From the NCBI GenBank assembly GCA_022793655.1, contig JAAWDG010000001.1, positions 59,252-123,251 on the forward strand: DNA of 64,000 nt, read 5' to 3'. This document shows, in pieces, positions 26,313 through 35,503 of the stretch; positions within the stretch are counted from its first letter, which is position 1; every line of letters starts with the position of its first letter. Made by a program: the position numbers and the translations under genes. Under the pieces are notes generated by a model. That model saw only the letters and a list, made by a program, of their open reading frames with translations. It did no database searches and was not told the DNA's origin. The DNA is from Clostridiales bacterium. Lineage in GTDB: Bacteria; Bacillota; Clostridia; Oscillospirales; CAG-272.

Positions 26313-27587
26313 TTAGATGGCAGCCAGCGCCTGGGCGAGGTCCTCGATGATATCCTCTGCGTCTTCAATGCCGCAGGACAAACGCACCAGGTCGGAGGAA
26401 ACGCCGGCGGCCGCTAACTCCTCTTCGCTTAATTGACGGTGGGTCGAGCTTGCCGGATGCAGACAGCAGGAACGAGCGTCGGCCACGTGGGTGGCGATGG
26501 AAATGAGCTTCAGATTTTTCATGAAAGCTTCCGCTGCGCTGCGTCCGCCCTTGACGCCGAAGGAAATGACGCCGCACGAGCCGTTCGGCATATATTTTTT
26601 AGCCAGTTCATACCCTGAATCGCCCGGCAGGCCGCAATAGGTGATCCAGCCGATTTTTTCGTGATTTTGCAAAAATTCAGCAACGGCTTGCGCATTTTCG
26701 CAGTGCTTTTTCATGCGTACGTGCAGGCTCTCAATGCCAAGGCCCAGCAAATAAGCGCTTTGCGGGGACTGCACACAGCCGAGGTCCCGCATGAGCTGTA
26801 CGGTGGCTTTGGTGATATAGGCGCCGGCCAGGCCGAAGCGTTCGGTATAGGTCACGCCGTGATAGCTTTCGTCGGGCGTGCACAAACCGGGATACCGGTC
26901 GGGATACTTGGTCCAGTCAAACCGGCCGCTGTCTACTAAACAACCGCCGACGGCTGAGCCGTGACCGTCTAAATACTTGGTGGTGGAATGGGTAACGATA
27001 TCTGCCCCCCACTCAAACGGACGACAGCCCACCGGCGTAGGGAAGGTGTTATCGATAATCAGCGGACAGCCATGCTCGTGGGCCACTTTTGCAAATTTTT
27101 CAATATCAAGCACCGTCAGAGCCGGATTGGCCAGCGTTTCGCCAAAGACAGCTTTGGTATTCGGCCGGAAGGCTGCGTGCAGCTCTTCTTCGGTGCAGTC
27201 GGGCGAAACGAATGTGAAATCAATGCCCATGCGTTTCATGGTGACGGCGAACAGATTAAAGGTGCCGCCATAGATGGTGGAGGAGGACACCACGTGATCA
27301 CCGCAGGAAGCAATGTTGAAAATGGCAAAGAAGTTAGCGGCTTGTCCCGAGCCGGTCAGCATAGCGGCGGTGCCGCCCTCCAGCTCGCATATTTTAGCGG
27401 CGACGGTGTCGCAGGTGGGATTTTGCAGGCGGGAATAAAAATAGCCGGCTGCCTCAAGGTCAAACAGTTTGCCCATCGCCTCGCTGGTTTCATATTTGAA
27501 TGTAGTTGATTGAATAATCGGAATTTGTCTTGGTTCTCCGTTTTTCGGGCGGTATCCGCCTTGTACGCATTTGGTTTCTGTTTTCAT
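26313..27587 (-). CDS. metY: O-acetylhomoserine sulfhydrylase (PLP-dependent, Cys/Met metabolism family)
   Basis: Start moved to ATG 27587 (MKTETKCVQGGY...), which has a GAAAGGAAG RBS. PLP-lysine context HSTTKYLDGHG. Confidence 0.9.
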   Translation of the reverse strand: MKTETKCVQGGYRPKNGEPRQIPIIQSTTFKYETSEAMGKLFDLEAAGYFYSRLQNPTCDTVAAKICELEGGTAAMLTGSGQAANFFAIFNIASCGDHVVSSSTIYGGTFNLFAVTMKRMGIDFTFVSPDCTEEELHAAFRPNTKAVFGETLANPALTVLDIEKFAKVAHEHGCPLIIDNTFPTPVGCRPFEWGADIVTHSTTKYLDGHGSAVGGCLVDSGRFDWTKYPDRYPGLCTPDESYHGVTYTERFGLAGAYITKATVQLMRDLGCVQSPQSAYLLGLGIESLHVRMKKHCENAQAVAEFLQNHEKIGWITYCGLPGDSGYELAKKYMPNGSCGVISFGVKGGRSAAEAFMKNLKLISIATHVADARSCCLHPASSTHRQLSEEELAAAGVSSDLVRLSCGIEDAEDIIEDLAQALAAI

Positions 27588-27720
27588 GCGGTGTTCTTCC
27601 TTTCTGCTTTTGATTGCTATATTATATTTTGAAATTATTTGAATCAAATTATGCGATAAAGCTTTTGTTAAAAAACATATAGGTATTATTTATATTGTAC
27701 CATAAAGTCTTAGCTACCAC

Positions 27721-27780
27721 AAAGTTTATCGGTTCCGGCAGAGCCGGAATGTCACCCTTTTGGGTGGCAAGATAAACTTT
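27721..27780 (-). repeat. three-way-junction-forming module in the metY leader
   Basis: On the minus strand: AAAGTTTATC [TTGCCACCC-AAAA-GGGTGACA] [TTCCGGC-TCT-GCCGGAA] CC GATAAACTTT. Related copies at 35504-35563, 36714-36769 and 36827-36876. Confidence 0.6.
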
Positions 27781-27804
27781 AGAAACAAATCTTTGATTTG
27801 TTTC

Positions 27805-27833
27805 ATTATACCACAAAATCAACTTGACTTCAA
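27805..27833 (-). promoter_or_regulatory. sigma-70-type promoter (TTGAAG-17 nt-TATAAT) for metY-metA
   Basis: Reverse complement of 27828-27833 is TTGAAG. Reverse complement of 27805-27810 is TATAAT. The spacer is 17 nt. It lies downstream of the terminator hairpin at 27841-27876. Confidence 0.6.
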
Positions 27834-27885
27834 TATACAAAGTCCCCTGAAGCTGTGCTGGCTGTCGGGGGACTTTTTTAGGGTT

Positions 27886-28326
27886 TTACACTTTGCGTAT
27901 ACCGGCTAAGAGTGTTTTGAACGTAGGAGAAGCTTTGACCTTTTCGATATCGCCGTGGTAAGTGCGGACAGTGACTTCTAATGCCGTACAGCCGGCCACG
28001 CTCGCTTCAATCAACAGCCTCGCTTCATAGATTTGCTCGTTATCATCGCCGTATGTCGCGCAGTGGCCGGCAAGGCCGCCAAACATAACCGTTTCGATAG
28101 GCCGGCAGGTGCCGTAGATGCCCATTTGGGTATCGATGAGCGCTTCTTTGGTGCCCAAATTGTTGGTGTGCACTTTATAGACCACTTGAAAATGCCGGTC
28201 AGGCGAAGTAAACACAAGCGTGTTTTCGGCCGCATCGGCCGAGTCGCCGAGCAGATAATAGTTTTCGGGCACGGTGATTGCTACCCCACTTGTTTCAAAA
28301 CAAGTCTTGTTTTTGAGTAAATACAT
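27886..28326 (-). CDS. hypothetical 146-aa protein
   Basis: AAAGGGG RBS lies inside the end of the upstream gene, and the start is 1 nt after the upstream stop (TGATATG). Its 3' end is duplicated as fragments at 8496-8576 and 35310-35393. Confidence 0.7.
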   Translation of the reverse strand: MYLLKNKTCFETSGVAITVPENYYLLGDSADAAENTLVFTSPDRHFQVVYKVHTNNLGTKEALIDTQMGIYGTCRPIETVMFGGLAGHCATYGDDNEQIYEARLLIEASVAGCTALEVTVRTYHGDIEKVKASPTFKTLLAGIRKV

Positions 28327-28327
28327 A

Positions 28328-28573
28328 TCAAACCCCTTTCTTGCTGCACAGCAGCTCGCGGCAGTGTGCGCAAATGCACTTGCCGTTTAATTCGGCTATT
28401 GTCTCCTCGCACCCGCAAAAGGTACAGGAGGCGTTTTGTTTTTTGATGATGATTTCATCATCTTTCATGGTGATTTGCACCGGTGCACCGACGCCCAAAT
28501 CAAGGGCGGTGCGCATAGGTGTGGGCAGCATGACCCGCCCCATTTCGTCTACCGTTTTTGTGATTGTTTGCAT
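28328..28573 (-). CDS. AbrB/MazE/SpoVT-type DNA-binding domain protein with a C-terminal zinc ribbon
   Basis: VDEMGRVMLPTPMRTALDLGVGAPVQI is a SpoVT-AbrB domain. The C-terminus has CTFCGC...CICAHC. GAAAGGAA RBS. Confidence 0.78.
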   Translation of the reverse strand: MQTITKTVDEMGRVMLPTPMRTALDLGVGAPVQITMKDDEIIIKKQNASCTFCGCEETIAELNGKCICAHCRELLCSKKGV

Positions 28574-28685
28574 GAGTTATTCCTTTCTTGTTCTCTTTTG
28601 TTTTTGTAAACAATATTTATGGGGGCTATATCCCCTTATATTTTAAGAATATAACCCCCATAATATGAATAGGGGGATAAATGTA

Positions 28686-28886
28686 ATGATTATATTTAAT
28701 AAACTATGGAAAACTATGGATAAAAAAGGTGTGTCGACTTATCAGCTTAGAGAAAAATGTGGAATTGACAGCAAAACCATTCGCCGTTTGCGTGCTAACG
28801 AAAATGTAGAAACCAAAACGCTGGACAAACTGTGTGAGGCGTTAGCATGTCAATTAGAGGATATTGCAGAGTATAAGCGTGATTGA
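28686..28886 (+). CDS. XRE-family helix-turn-helix regulator, paralog 1
   Basis: MIIFNKLWKTMDKKGVSTYQLREKCGIDSKTIRRLRANENVETKTLDKLCEALACQLEDI is a Cro/C1-type HTH. GGGGGA RBS precedes ATG 28686. Confidence 0.8.
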   Translation: MIIFNKLWKTMDKKGVSTYQLREKCGIDSKTIRRLRANENVETKTLDKLCEALACQLEDIAEYKRD

Positions 28887-28973
28887 TTAGATGGCCACAG
28901 CAAATGGGGGTTATATCCCCTTAACAAATTAGATTATAATCCCCATACTATTAACTGTCAAGGGGGGAATTGT

Positions 28974-29183
28974 ATGATTATATTCGATAAATTATGGAAA
29001 ACAATGGAGCAAAAAGGCGTAACGACTTATCAGCTTAGAGAAAAATGTGGGATTGACAGCAAAACGATTCGCCGTTTGCGCGCCAACGAAAATATAGAAA
29101 CCAAAACGCTGGACAAACTGTGTGAGGCGTTAGCATGTCGGTTAGAAGATATTGCAGAGTATAGAGAAGAGAAATTTATGTAA
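28974..29183 (+). CDS. XRE-family helix-turn-helix regulator, paralog 2
   Basis: Close paralog of the preceding gene by eye, with a duplicated upstream region. Confidence 0.8.
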   Translation: MIIFDKLWKTMEQKGVTTYQLREKCGIDSKTIRRLRANENIETKTLDKLCEALACRLEDIAEYREEKFM

Positions 29184-29236
29184 TTAAAATAAACCCTCGT
29201 TTTAACGGGGGTTTTGTCTTATCTTTTTTCTTCTTT

Positions 29237-29670
29237 GCGGGGGTTCCAACCCCCACACCCCCGCAAACTTTTACGCAAAAGTTTGATCAAAACCCGGCAA
29301 GGCTAAATTGACCATGCGGTCAATTTGCCTATGCCACAATGGGTAGTGAAAATCGTTTGAAACAAAGCAAAGAACCCGCCACAAAGTAAATGAGAAATCA
29401 AAAATGCCACCCTATTGTTTCTCAAAAGAAACAAGATGAGAAAAGGTTTTCAATGGCCTTTCCGCTTGCTTTGTCTTAATCCCTTGTCGTTATTAGAATT
29501 GCAACCTTTGTTTTTTTTGCGAATGTTGGTACGAGTTGCTCGCTAATTTACTAACAAGTTTTCGTTCATTTTGTGCGTGAGAGAATTGACTGCATGGTCA
29601 ATTCTCGTTAGCTGGTTTTGGCCCGCTTTTGCGCAAAAGCGGGTGGGGGTGCGGGGGTGAAACCCTCGCA
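29237..29670 (+). repeat. MITE-like element, copy C
   Basis: Same TIRs and collinear interior as 7060-7532. Confidence 0.75.
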
Positions 29671-29831
29671 TATAGATAAAGTATATTAAAATAAAGTCCT
29701 CGTTAAAACGGAAACGCTGCCATAAATTATTGTTTTTTTCTTCTTAGCAGGGGTTCCGCTCCTACGACCCTTGCTAAGGGAAAGATTATATTTATTGTAA
29801 CTTTAAATCGCACTACAAAGCAAAATAAAAA

Positions 29832-29855
29832 AGCAGGAGATAGAAATCTCCTGCT
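29832..29855. terminator. bidirectional hairpin terminator (RNase J side)
   Basis: agcaggaga / tctcctgct stem flanked by A6 and T6 runs. An inverted copy of the same module lies at about 33886-33920. Confidence 0.65.
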
Positions 29856-29904
29856 TTTTTAATCTAATCCAAAACTTTTTAAAAATCGCCCGCCAGGTTT
29901 ATTC

Positions 29905-31581
29905 TTATATGTTCATAATCACTGGCAATATCATCGGCCGACGCTTGGTCTTTTGATAAATACACTTGGAAAGCTCATCCCGCACGGCGTTTTTCAGCTG
30001 GTTCCACTCAACCTTGCCCCGGCTTAAGCACTTGTCAATCTCCTCGGCTGAGATAGCGCGCAGTTCTTCCATAAGCTCCTCGTTTTCACGCACATAGACA
30101 AACCCGCGCGACACGACATCCGGCCCCGAAGCAATCTGATAGGTGTTGGTATCCACCGTGGCCACCACCACAATCAACCCGTCCTCAGACAAGTGCTTGC
30201 GGTCTCTCAGCACGATGTTGCCAACGTCGCCGACGCCTAAGCCATCTACCAACACATTACCGGCCGTCTCCACCCCGTTAAAGCGAATGCCCTTGCCGTC
30301 AATTTCAAGCACCTTGCCAATGTCCGAGACAAACACGTGGTTGGCCGGCATGCCCATGCTGCATGCTAACTCCTTGTGCGCATACAAATGCTTATATTCA
30401 CCGTGCACCGGCATAAAGTACCGCGGGCGAACCAGCGCATGCATCAACTTGAGTTCTTCGGCGCACGCGTGCCCCGAGACATGCACCGAGACTGACTGAT
30501 CACGGAACACCGAAATGCCTTTCTTGCACAGCTCATTGATAATATTATCCACCAATTTTTCGTTGCCGGGTATCGCATGAGCCGAAATAACCACCAAATC
30601 ATTCACACCTAACTGCACCCGGTCATGCTCAGAATAAGCCATGCGGTAAAGGGCCGACATAGGTTCACCCTGCGATCCGGTGGAAATAATCGTTAATTTC
30701 TCAGGCGGATATTTCTTCATTTCGGTTATATCGATAATCGTGCCCTTGGGCACTTTCATATAGCCAAGCTCCATAGCCGCCGAAACGATATTCAGCATAC
30801 TGCGTCCGGTAATGGCCACCTTTCTCCCATACTGCGCCGAGGCGTCAATAATCTGCTGTACTCTATGTACATTGGAGGAGAATGTCGCAATGACAATCCG
30901 TTTGTCCTGATGGCGCATAAAAATATTGTCAAGGCTCTTGCCCACGTTCTTTTCAGAGGGGGAATATCCTTCTCTTTCCACGTTGGTGGACTCGCACATG
31001 AATAGCAGCACGCCTTTTTTGCCAAGGGCGCCCAGCCGGCTCAGGTCCGTGACCTCGCCGTCCACCGGCGTATAGTCCACCTTAAAGTCGCCCGAGTGGA
31101 CAAGCACGCCAAGCGGCGTGGTGATAGCCAGCGCGCACGCATCGGCAATGGAGTGATTCACGTGAATAAACTCAACCTTAAACGACCCGCTTTCCACGAC
31201 GTCGCCCGCTTTCACGCAGACAAGCTCGGGTTGGGTTTCATACTTATGCTCGGTCAGTTTATTCGCCAAAATGCCAAGGGTTAGTTTGGTGCCGTATACA
31301 GGCACATGCAGTTCCTTTAACACATAGGGCAGCGCGCCGATATGGTCCTCATGCCCGTGCGTTAAAAAAATGCCTTTAATCTTATCCTGCTTATTGATCA
31401 AATACGAAATATCCGGAATGACAAGGTCAATGCCTAACATATCATCATCCGGAAAGCCAAGTCCGCAGTCGATCACGATGATCTCGTCATTATACTCGAT
31501 CACCGTCATGTTCTTGCCGATCTCGGAAAGTCCGCCCAGCGGGACAATGCGGATTTTTCCGTTTATTTTCTTTTTTCTCAT
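29905..31581 (-). CDS. rnj: ribonuclease J
   Basis: Metallo-beta-lactamase motif THGHEDHIGALPYV, a beta-CASP region and a C-terminal domain. 558 aa, typical RNase J length. Confidence 0.93.
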   Translation of the reverse strand: MRKKKINGKIRIVPLGGLSEIGKNMTVIEYNDEIIVIDCGLGFPDDDMLGIDLVIPDISYLINKQDKIKGIFLTHGHEDHIGALPYVLKELHVPVYGTKLTLGILANKLTEHKYETQPELVCVKAGDVVESGSFKVEFIHVNHSIADACALAITTPLGVLVHSGDFKVDYTPVDGEVTDLSRLGALGKKGVLLFMCESTNVEREGYSPSEKNVGKSLDNIFMRHQDKRIVIATFSSNVHRVQQIIDASAQYGRKVAITGRSMLNIVSAAMELGYMKVPKGTIIDITEMKKYPPEKLTIISTGSQGEPMSALYRMAYSEHDRVQLGVNDLVVISAHAIPGNEKLVDNIINELCKKGISVFRDQSVSVHVSGHACAEELKLMHALVRPRYFMPVHGEYKHLYAHKELACSMGMPANHVFVSDIGKVLEIDGKGIRFNGVETAGNVLVDGLGVGDVGNIVLRDRKHLSEDGLIVVVATVDTNTYQIASGPDVVSRGFVYVRENEELMEELRAISAEEIDKCLSRGKVEWNQLKNAVRDELSKCIYQKTKRRPMILPVIMNI

Positions 31582-31793
31582 ATGTTTCCTTTCTCTCTGT
31601 AAAAGCGCGCAAAAACTGTCTTGATTCCTTTTTATACAAACGATTCAAATGCACAAAAAGGCAAGACTTTTACGCTCTCGATCCGTTATAACCGGCGTCG
31701 GTTCAGAATGTCCGGCGAACAACATTCTCTGGCACGGTTTTTATTATACGAACAACTCAAGTAGTAAAATTATAACAGAAACAAGCCAAAAAG

Positions 31794-32084
31794 TCAATGC
31801 ATCAGCATAAAGACGGCAAAGCCCAGCAGCAGCGCGCCCCCCATGATTCCCGCGATAATACGCAGCTTGATCATGCGGTCTAATTTCTTTTGAGCCTGCT
31901 CTTGTTTAAAATAGCCGCCGAGGAATCCTTCGCTCACAATCTGATTGGCGGCGGCCGCCATATCAAGCGGCTCGCCCGCCGGTTTTGGTTTCTTTTTGTT
32001 ATCCTTTAATATAAAATAAGCCTCTTCAAACAGATCTGACCCTGTGCCCGCTAAACGGATAATTTTTCGTTGTTTATCTTTCAT
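31794..32084 (-). CDS. hypothetical small membrane-anchored protein
   Basis: C-terminal TM helix IIAGIMGGALLLGFAVFMLM. The start is set at MKDKQRK (GGAAAGGA about 13 nt upstream). The start is uncertain, and the track start is 32225. Confidence 0.45.
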   Translation of the reverse strand: MKDKQRKIIRLAGTGSDLFEEAYFILKDNKKKPKPAGEPLDMAAAANQIVSEGFLGGYFKQEQAQKKLDRMIKLRIIAGIMGGALLLGFAVFMLMH

Positions 32085-32341
32085 TGGGTGTGGATTTTTC
32101 CTTTCCTTTCGCTCGGGTTGCCCCTCTTTATACGCTCCGGCCTGCCTGCCGGCTTCCTTCATAGCGAGTATCTGGCCGTGAAAAATGATTTTATTCATTG
32201 CAATTACGCAAGTTTTATGGTACACTTTAAGAAATGTACAAAATAAGACAGAATCATTACCGATTTGCTATTTTTCGCGCCTGCCAAGGCCCCCTTGTGT
32301 AATCGGAATGAATGCTGCTCGCACGCAGCAGAACGGAGATT

Positions 32342-33844
32342 ATGATGAATTTTGAACTCCTCGCTTTTATCTTTTATTTTCTTTTGGTGCTGGCCATTGG
32401 TCTTTACTTCTTTTTCAAGAGCAAAGACGCCGGCGAAAAGGAATATTTCTTAGGCGGCCGCCGTATGGGACCGTGGGTTACCGCTATGTCGGCGCAGGCA
32501 TCGGACATGTCGGCCTGGCTGCTCATGGGCCTGCCGGGCAGCATTCTTGCGTTTGGCTTTGGCCAAATGTGGGTGGGCATTGGTCTTGCGCTTGGTACCG
32601 CCGCTAACTGGATTTTTGTGGCAGCCAGACTCCGTCGCTTTTCCAAGGCGGCAAACGACTCCATTACCTTGCCCCAGTATCTTTCCAATCGGTTTGCCAC
32701 CCAAAACCGGGTGCTGCAAATCATTTGCGCTATTATTTTCCTTGTCTGCTTTACCATTTACGTGGCGTCCAGCTTTGTAGCGGGTTCAACTGTGTTTACC
32801 ACTCTGTTTCCCAGCCTGTCTGGTCAATGGACCATGGCGATTTTTGCTTTCATTATTATTGCCTATACCTTTCTTGGCGGCTTTAAGGCTGTCTGCTGGA
32901 CCGACTTTTTTCAGGGCCTGTTGATGTTAGCGGCTCTGCTGGCCGTTCCGATTGTGATTTTGATTACCCAAAACCTTGATTTCTCGCTGCTTTCCACCGT
33001 GTACACAAACGCCGCCGACGGCACCGTGTACACCTTCGGTTCCAATCTGTTCGGTGCGGATCCTCGTGAAATTATATCCGGACTTGCCTGGGGGCTTGGC
33101 TATTTCGGCATGCCGCACATTTTGGTTCGGTTTATGTCTATCGAAAAACCATCTATGGTGAAAAAGAGCGCGACAGTTGCCATCATCTGGGTTGTGCTGG
33201 CCCTGTTTGCCACCAGTCTGATTGCCTATTTCGGCCGTATCTTAGTGGCCGGTGAACTGCTGCCCCTTGGCTTGCAGGAGAGCGTCTTTATCGTGCTGGC
33301 CCGCAAACTCTTTCCGCCGGTCATTGCCGGTCTGCTCATGGCCGCGATCATGGCTGCCTCTATGTCTACGGCGGACTCACAGCTTTTGGTGGCCTCAAGC
33401 TCGTTCACCTCGGATATTTACAAGCCCTTTATTCGCAAGAGCGCGTCGGAAAAGGAAGTGCTTTGGGTAGGCCGGGGCGTGGTGATTGCTGTGGCAGGCA
33501 TCGCGTACCTCATTGCCTCGAACAAAGGCGCCGGCGCACAGGCGATTATGGATATGGTGGGCAACGCCTGGGGCGGATTCGGCTCGGCCTTTGGCCCGGT
33601 GGTAATCCTCTCGCTGTTCTGGCGGCGGCTGACATACAAGGGAGCGATTGCCGGCGTTATCGGCGGCGCGCTGACCGACGTGCTTTGGTATCTGTTTTTA
33701 ACCAAGTCCACCGGCATTTATGAACTGCTGCCCGGTTTCGCTGCCGGTCTTGTCTGCGCGGTGATTGTCACGCTGATTGACAAGGCTCCCGCCAAAGAAA
33801 CCACCGATATTTTTGACAAAGCCACAGCTGGTGGAGATGAATAA
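32342..33844 (+). CDS. putP: sodium:proline symporter (SSS family)
   Basis: FLGGRRMGPWVTAMSAQASDMSAWLLMGLPG is the PutP signature region. About 13 TM segments. GGAG RBS precedes ATG 32342. Confidence 0.9.
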   Translation: MMNFELLAFIFYFLLVLAIGLYFFFKSKDAGEKEYFLGGRRMGPWVTAMSAQASDMSAWLLMGLPGSILAFGFGQMWVGIGLALGTAANWIFVAARLRRFSKAANDSITLPQYLSNRFATQNRVLQIICAIIFLVCFTIYVASSFVAGSTVFTTLFPSLSGQWTMAIFAFIIIAYTFLGGFKAVCWTDFFQGLLMLAALLAVPIVILITQNLDFSLLSTVYTNAADGTVYTFGSNLFGADPREIISGLAWGLGYFGMPHILVRFMSIEKPSMVKKSATVAIIWVVLALFATSLIAYFGRILVAGELLPLGLQESVFIVLARKLFPPVIAGLLMAAIMAASMSTADSQLLVASSSFTSDIYKPFIRKSASEKEVLWVGRGVVIAVAGIAYLIASNKGAGAQAIMDMVGNAWGGFGSAFGPVVILSLFWRRLTYKGAIAGVIGGALTDVLWYLFLTKSTGIYELLPGFAAGLVCAVIVTLIDKAPAKETTDIFDKATAGGDE

Positions 33845-34080
33845 ACCCTAACGGGGGCTATTCTTAAAAAGTTTTGGATTAGATTAAAAAAGCAAGAGAC
33901 TTCTATCTCCTGCTTTTTTATTTTGCTTTGTAGTGCGATTTTAAAGTTACGATAAATATAATCTTTATATTTCCCTTTGCAGGGGTTCCACCCCTACGAC
34001 CCCTGCTGAAAGAAAAAACTATAATTTATGACAACATTTCCGTTTTAACGAGGACTTTATTTTAATATACTTTATCTATA

Positions 34081-34176
34081 TGCGAGGGTTTCACCCCCGC
34101 ACCCCCACAAACTTTTGCGCCAAGTTAACCGAATGGTTAACTTGAGTTGCAGGGGGTGTGGGGGCGGCGCCCCTGC
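34081..34176. repeat. miniature derivative of the MITE-like element (two TIRs around one hairpin)
   Basis: tgcgagggtttcacccccgcacccccac...caagttaaccgaatggttaacttg...gcagggggtgtggggg. Confidence 0.6.
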
Positions 34177-34327
34177 TGAAAGAAAAAACTATAATTTATG
34201 GCAACATGTCCGTTTTAATGAGGACTTCATTTTAATATACTTTATCTTTATGCGAGGGTTTTACCCCTACGACTCTCGCTTTTTAAATGAATATCGCTAA
34301 AAAACGAGAAGTTACTTTTTCTTTACA

Positions 34328-34778
34328 CAGGGCTCCGCCCCGCGCCCCGCAACCTTTTACGCAAAAGTTTGACAAAAACTACAAGTTAATCTTCGATTAA
34401 CTTGGCCACGAGAATTGACCATGCAGTCAATTCTCTCACGCACAAAATGAACGAAAACTTGTTAGGAAATTAGCGAGCGACTCTTTAGCTTGTTTCATTA
34501 AAAACCAAGTTTTTGGTTCCACTAACGACAAGGGACTAAAGACAAAGCAAGCGGAAAGGCCATTGAAAACCTTTTCTTGTTTTGTTTCCTTTGAGAAACA
34601 GAAAGGCAGCATTTTTGATTTTTTGTTTACTTTGTGGCGGGTTCTTTGCTTTGTCTCAAACAAATTTCACTACACGTTGTGGCATAGGCAAATTGACCGC
34701 ATGGTCAATTTAGCCGAGCCAGGTTTTGTCCCACTTTTTCCTAAAAGTGGGTGGGGGCGCGGGGGGTGAAACCCCTGC
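34328..34778 (-). repeat. MITE-like element, copy D
   Basis: Collinear with 7611-8046 and with the same TIR type. Confidence 0.75.
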
Positions 34779-34868
34779 TGAAAGAAAAAAGATATATAAT
34801 AACTGTTATCTCTATATTGGAACAGCCGGCGCGGGGCTTGGATCCCGCAATAAATAAAAACATTCTGA

Positions 34869-35117
34869 TTATCCTTGGAAGTCTTTTTTGCAAATTTTTG
34901 TAATACATAGAAGAAAAAAGGCCATATAATCTTTTTTCTCCCATGCGATTCTCTTGTGCTTGTCAAGTTCTTCGTCTGTTATGTCAGAATCTTTGCACAT
35001 GTCAATGACAAAATCCAAGTTGTCTATAATCCAGCAGATAGCCCGTTGTGCCCCTTCCGGCATGTTTTTTATTTCTTTTTCCAGTTTGATTAATTCTTCA
35101 TTTTCGTTTTTTTCCAT
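34869..35117 (-). CDS. hypothetical 82-aa protein, paralog 2
   Basis: Differs from the 8118-8366 product at only a few residues (for example AQRAIC versus AQWAIC). Same GGAGG RBS. Confidence 0.7.
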   Translation of the reverse strand: MEKNENEELIKLEKEIKNMPEGAQRAICWIIDNLDFVIDMCKDSDITDEELDKHKRIAWEKKDYMAFFLLCITKICKKDFQG

Positions 35118-35309
35118 CTTTATACCTCCATGTTTTTTGTCGAATATATTTTATATTCTTTTTCACTAATATGATATATGAGAAAATTCTAATATAAAAA
35201 TTGCGTTGTTACTATGAGGTAAAATCATGCGAACAATCATAAAAATCGTAGACAAAACGAGACGCCACAACAGGGCCCCTGCGAGAAGGACAACCTGTTC
35301 ATTTTTTCC

Positions 35310-35393
35310 GTCCGCACTTACCATGGCGACATCGAAAAGGTTAAAGCCTCTTCTACATTCAAAACACTCTTAGCCGGCATTCACAAAGTATAA
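35310..35393 (+). pseudogene. second 3'-terminal fragment of a paralog of the 146-aa gene
   Basis: Translates to VRTYHGDIEKVKASSTFKTLLAGIHKV*. The same terminator and promoter cassette follows. Confidence 0.75.
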
Positions 35394-35445
35394 GTCCATA
35401 TAAAAGTCCCCTGACAGCCAGCGCGGCCGCAGGGGACTTTGTATA

Positions 35446-35474
35446 TTGAAGTAAATTGAACTTTATGCTATAAT
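35446..35474 (+). promoter_or_regulatory. sigma-70-type promoter (TTGAAG-17 nt-TATAAT)
   Basis: -35 at 35446-35451 and -10 at 35469-35474. It follows the hairpin at 35404-35438. Confidence 0.6.
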
Positions 35475-35503
35475 AAACATAGGCTAACGCCGTTGTTTAT
35501 TAA

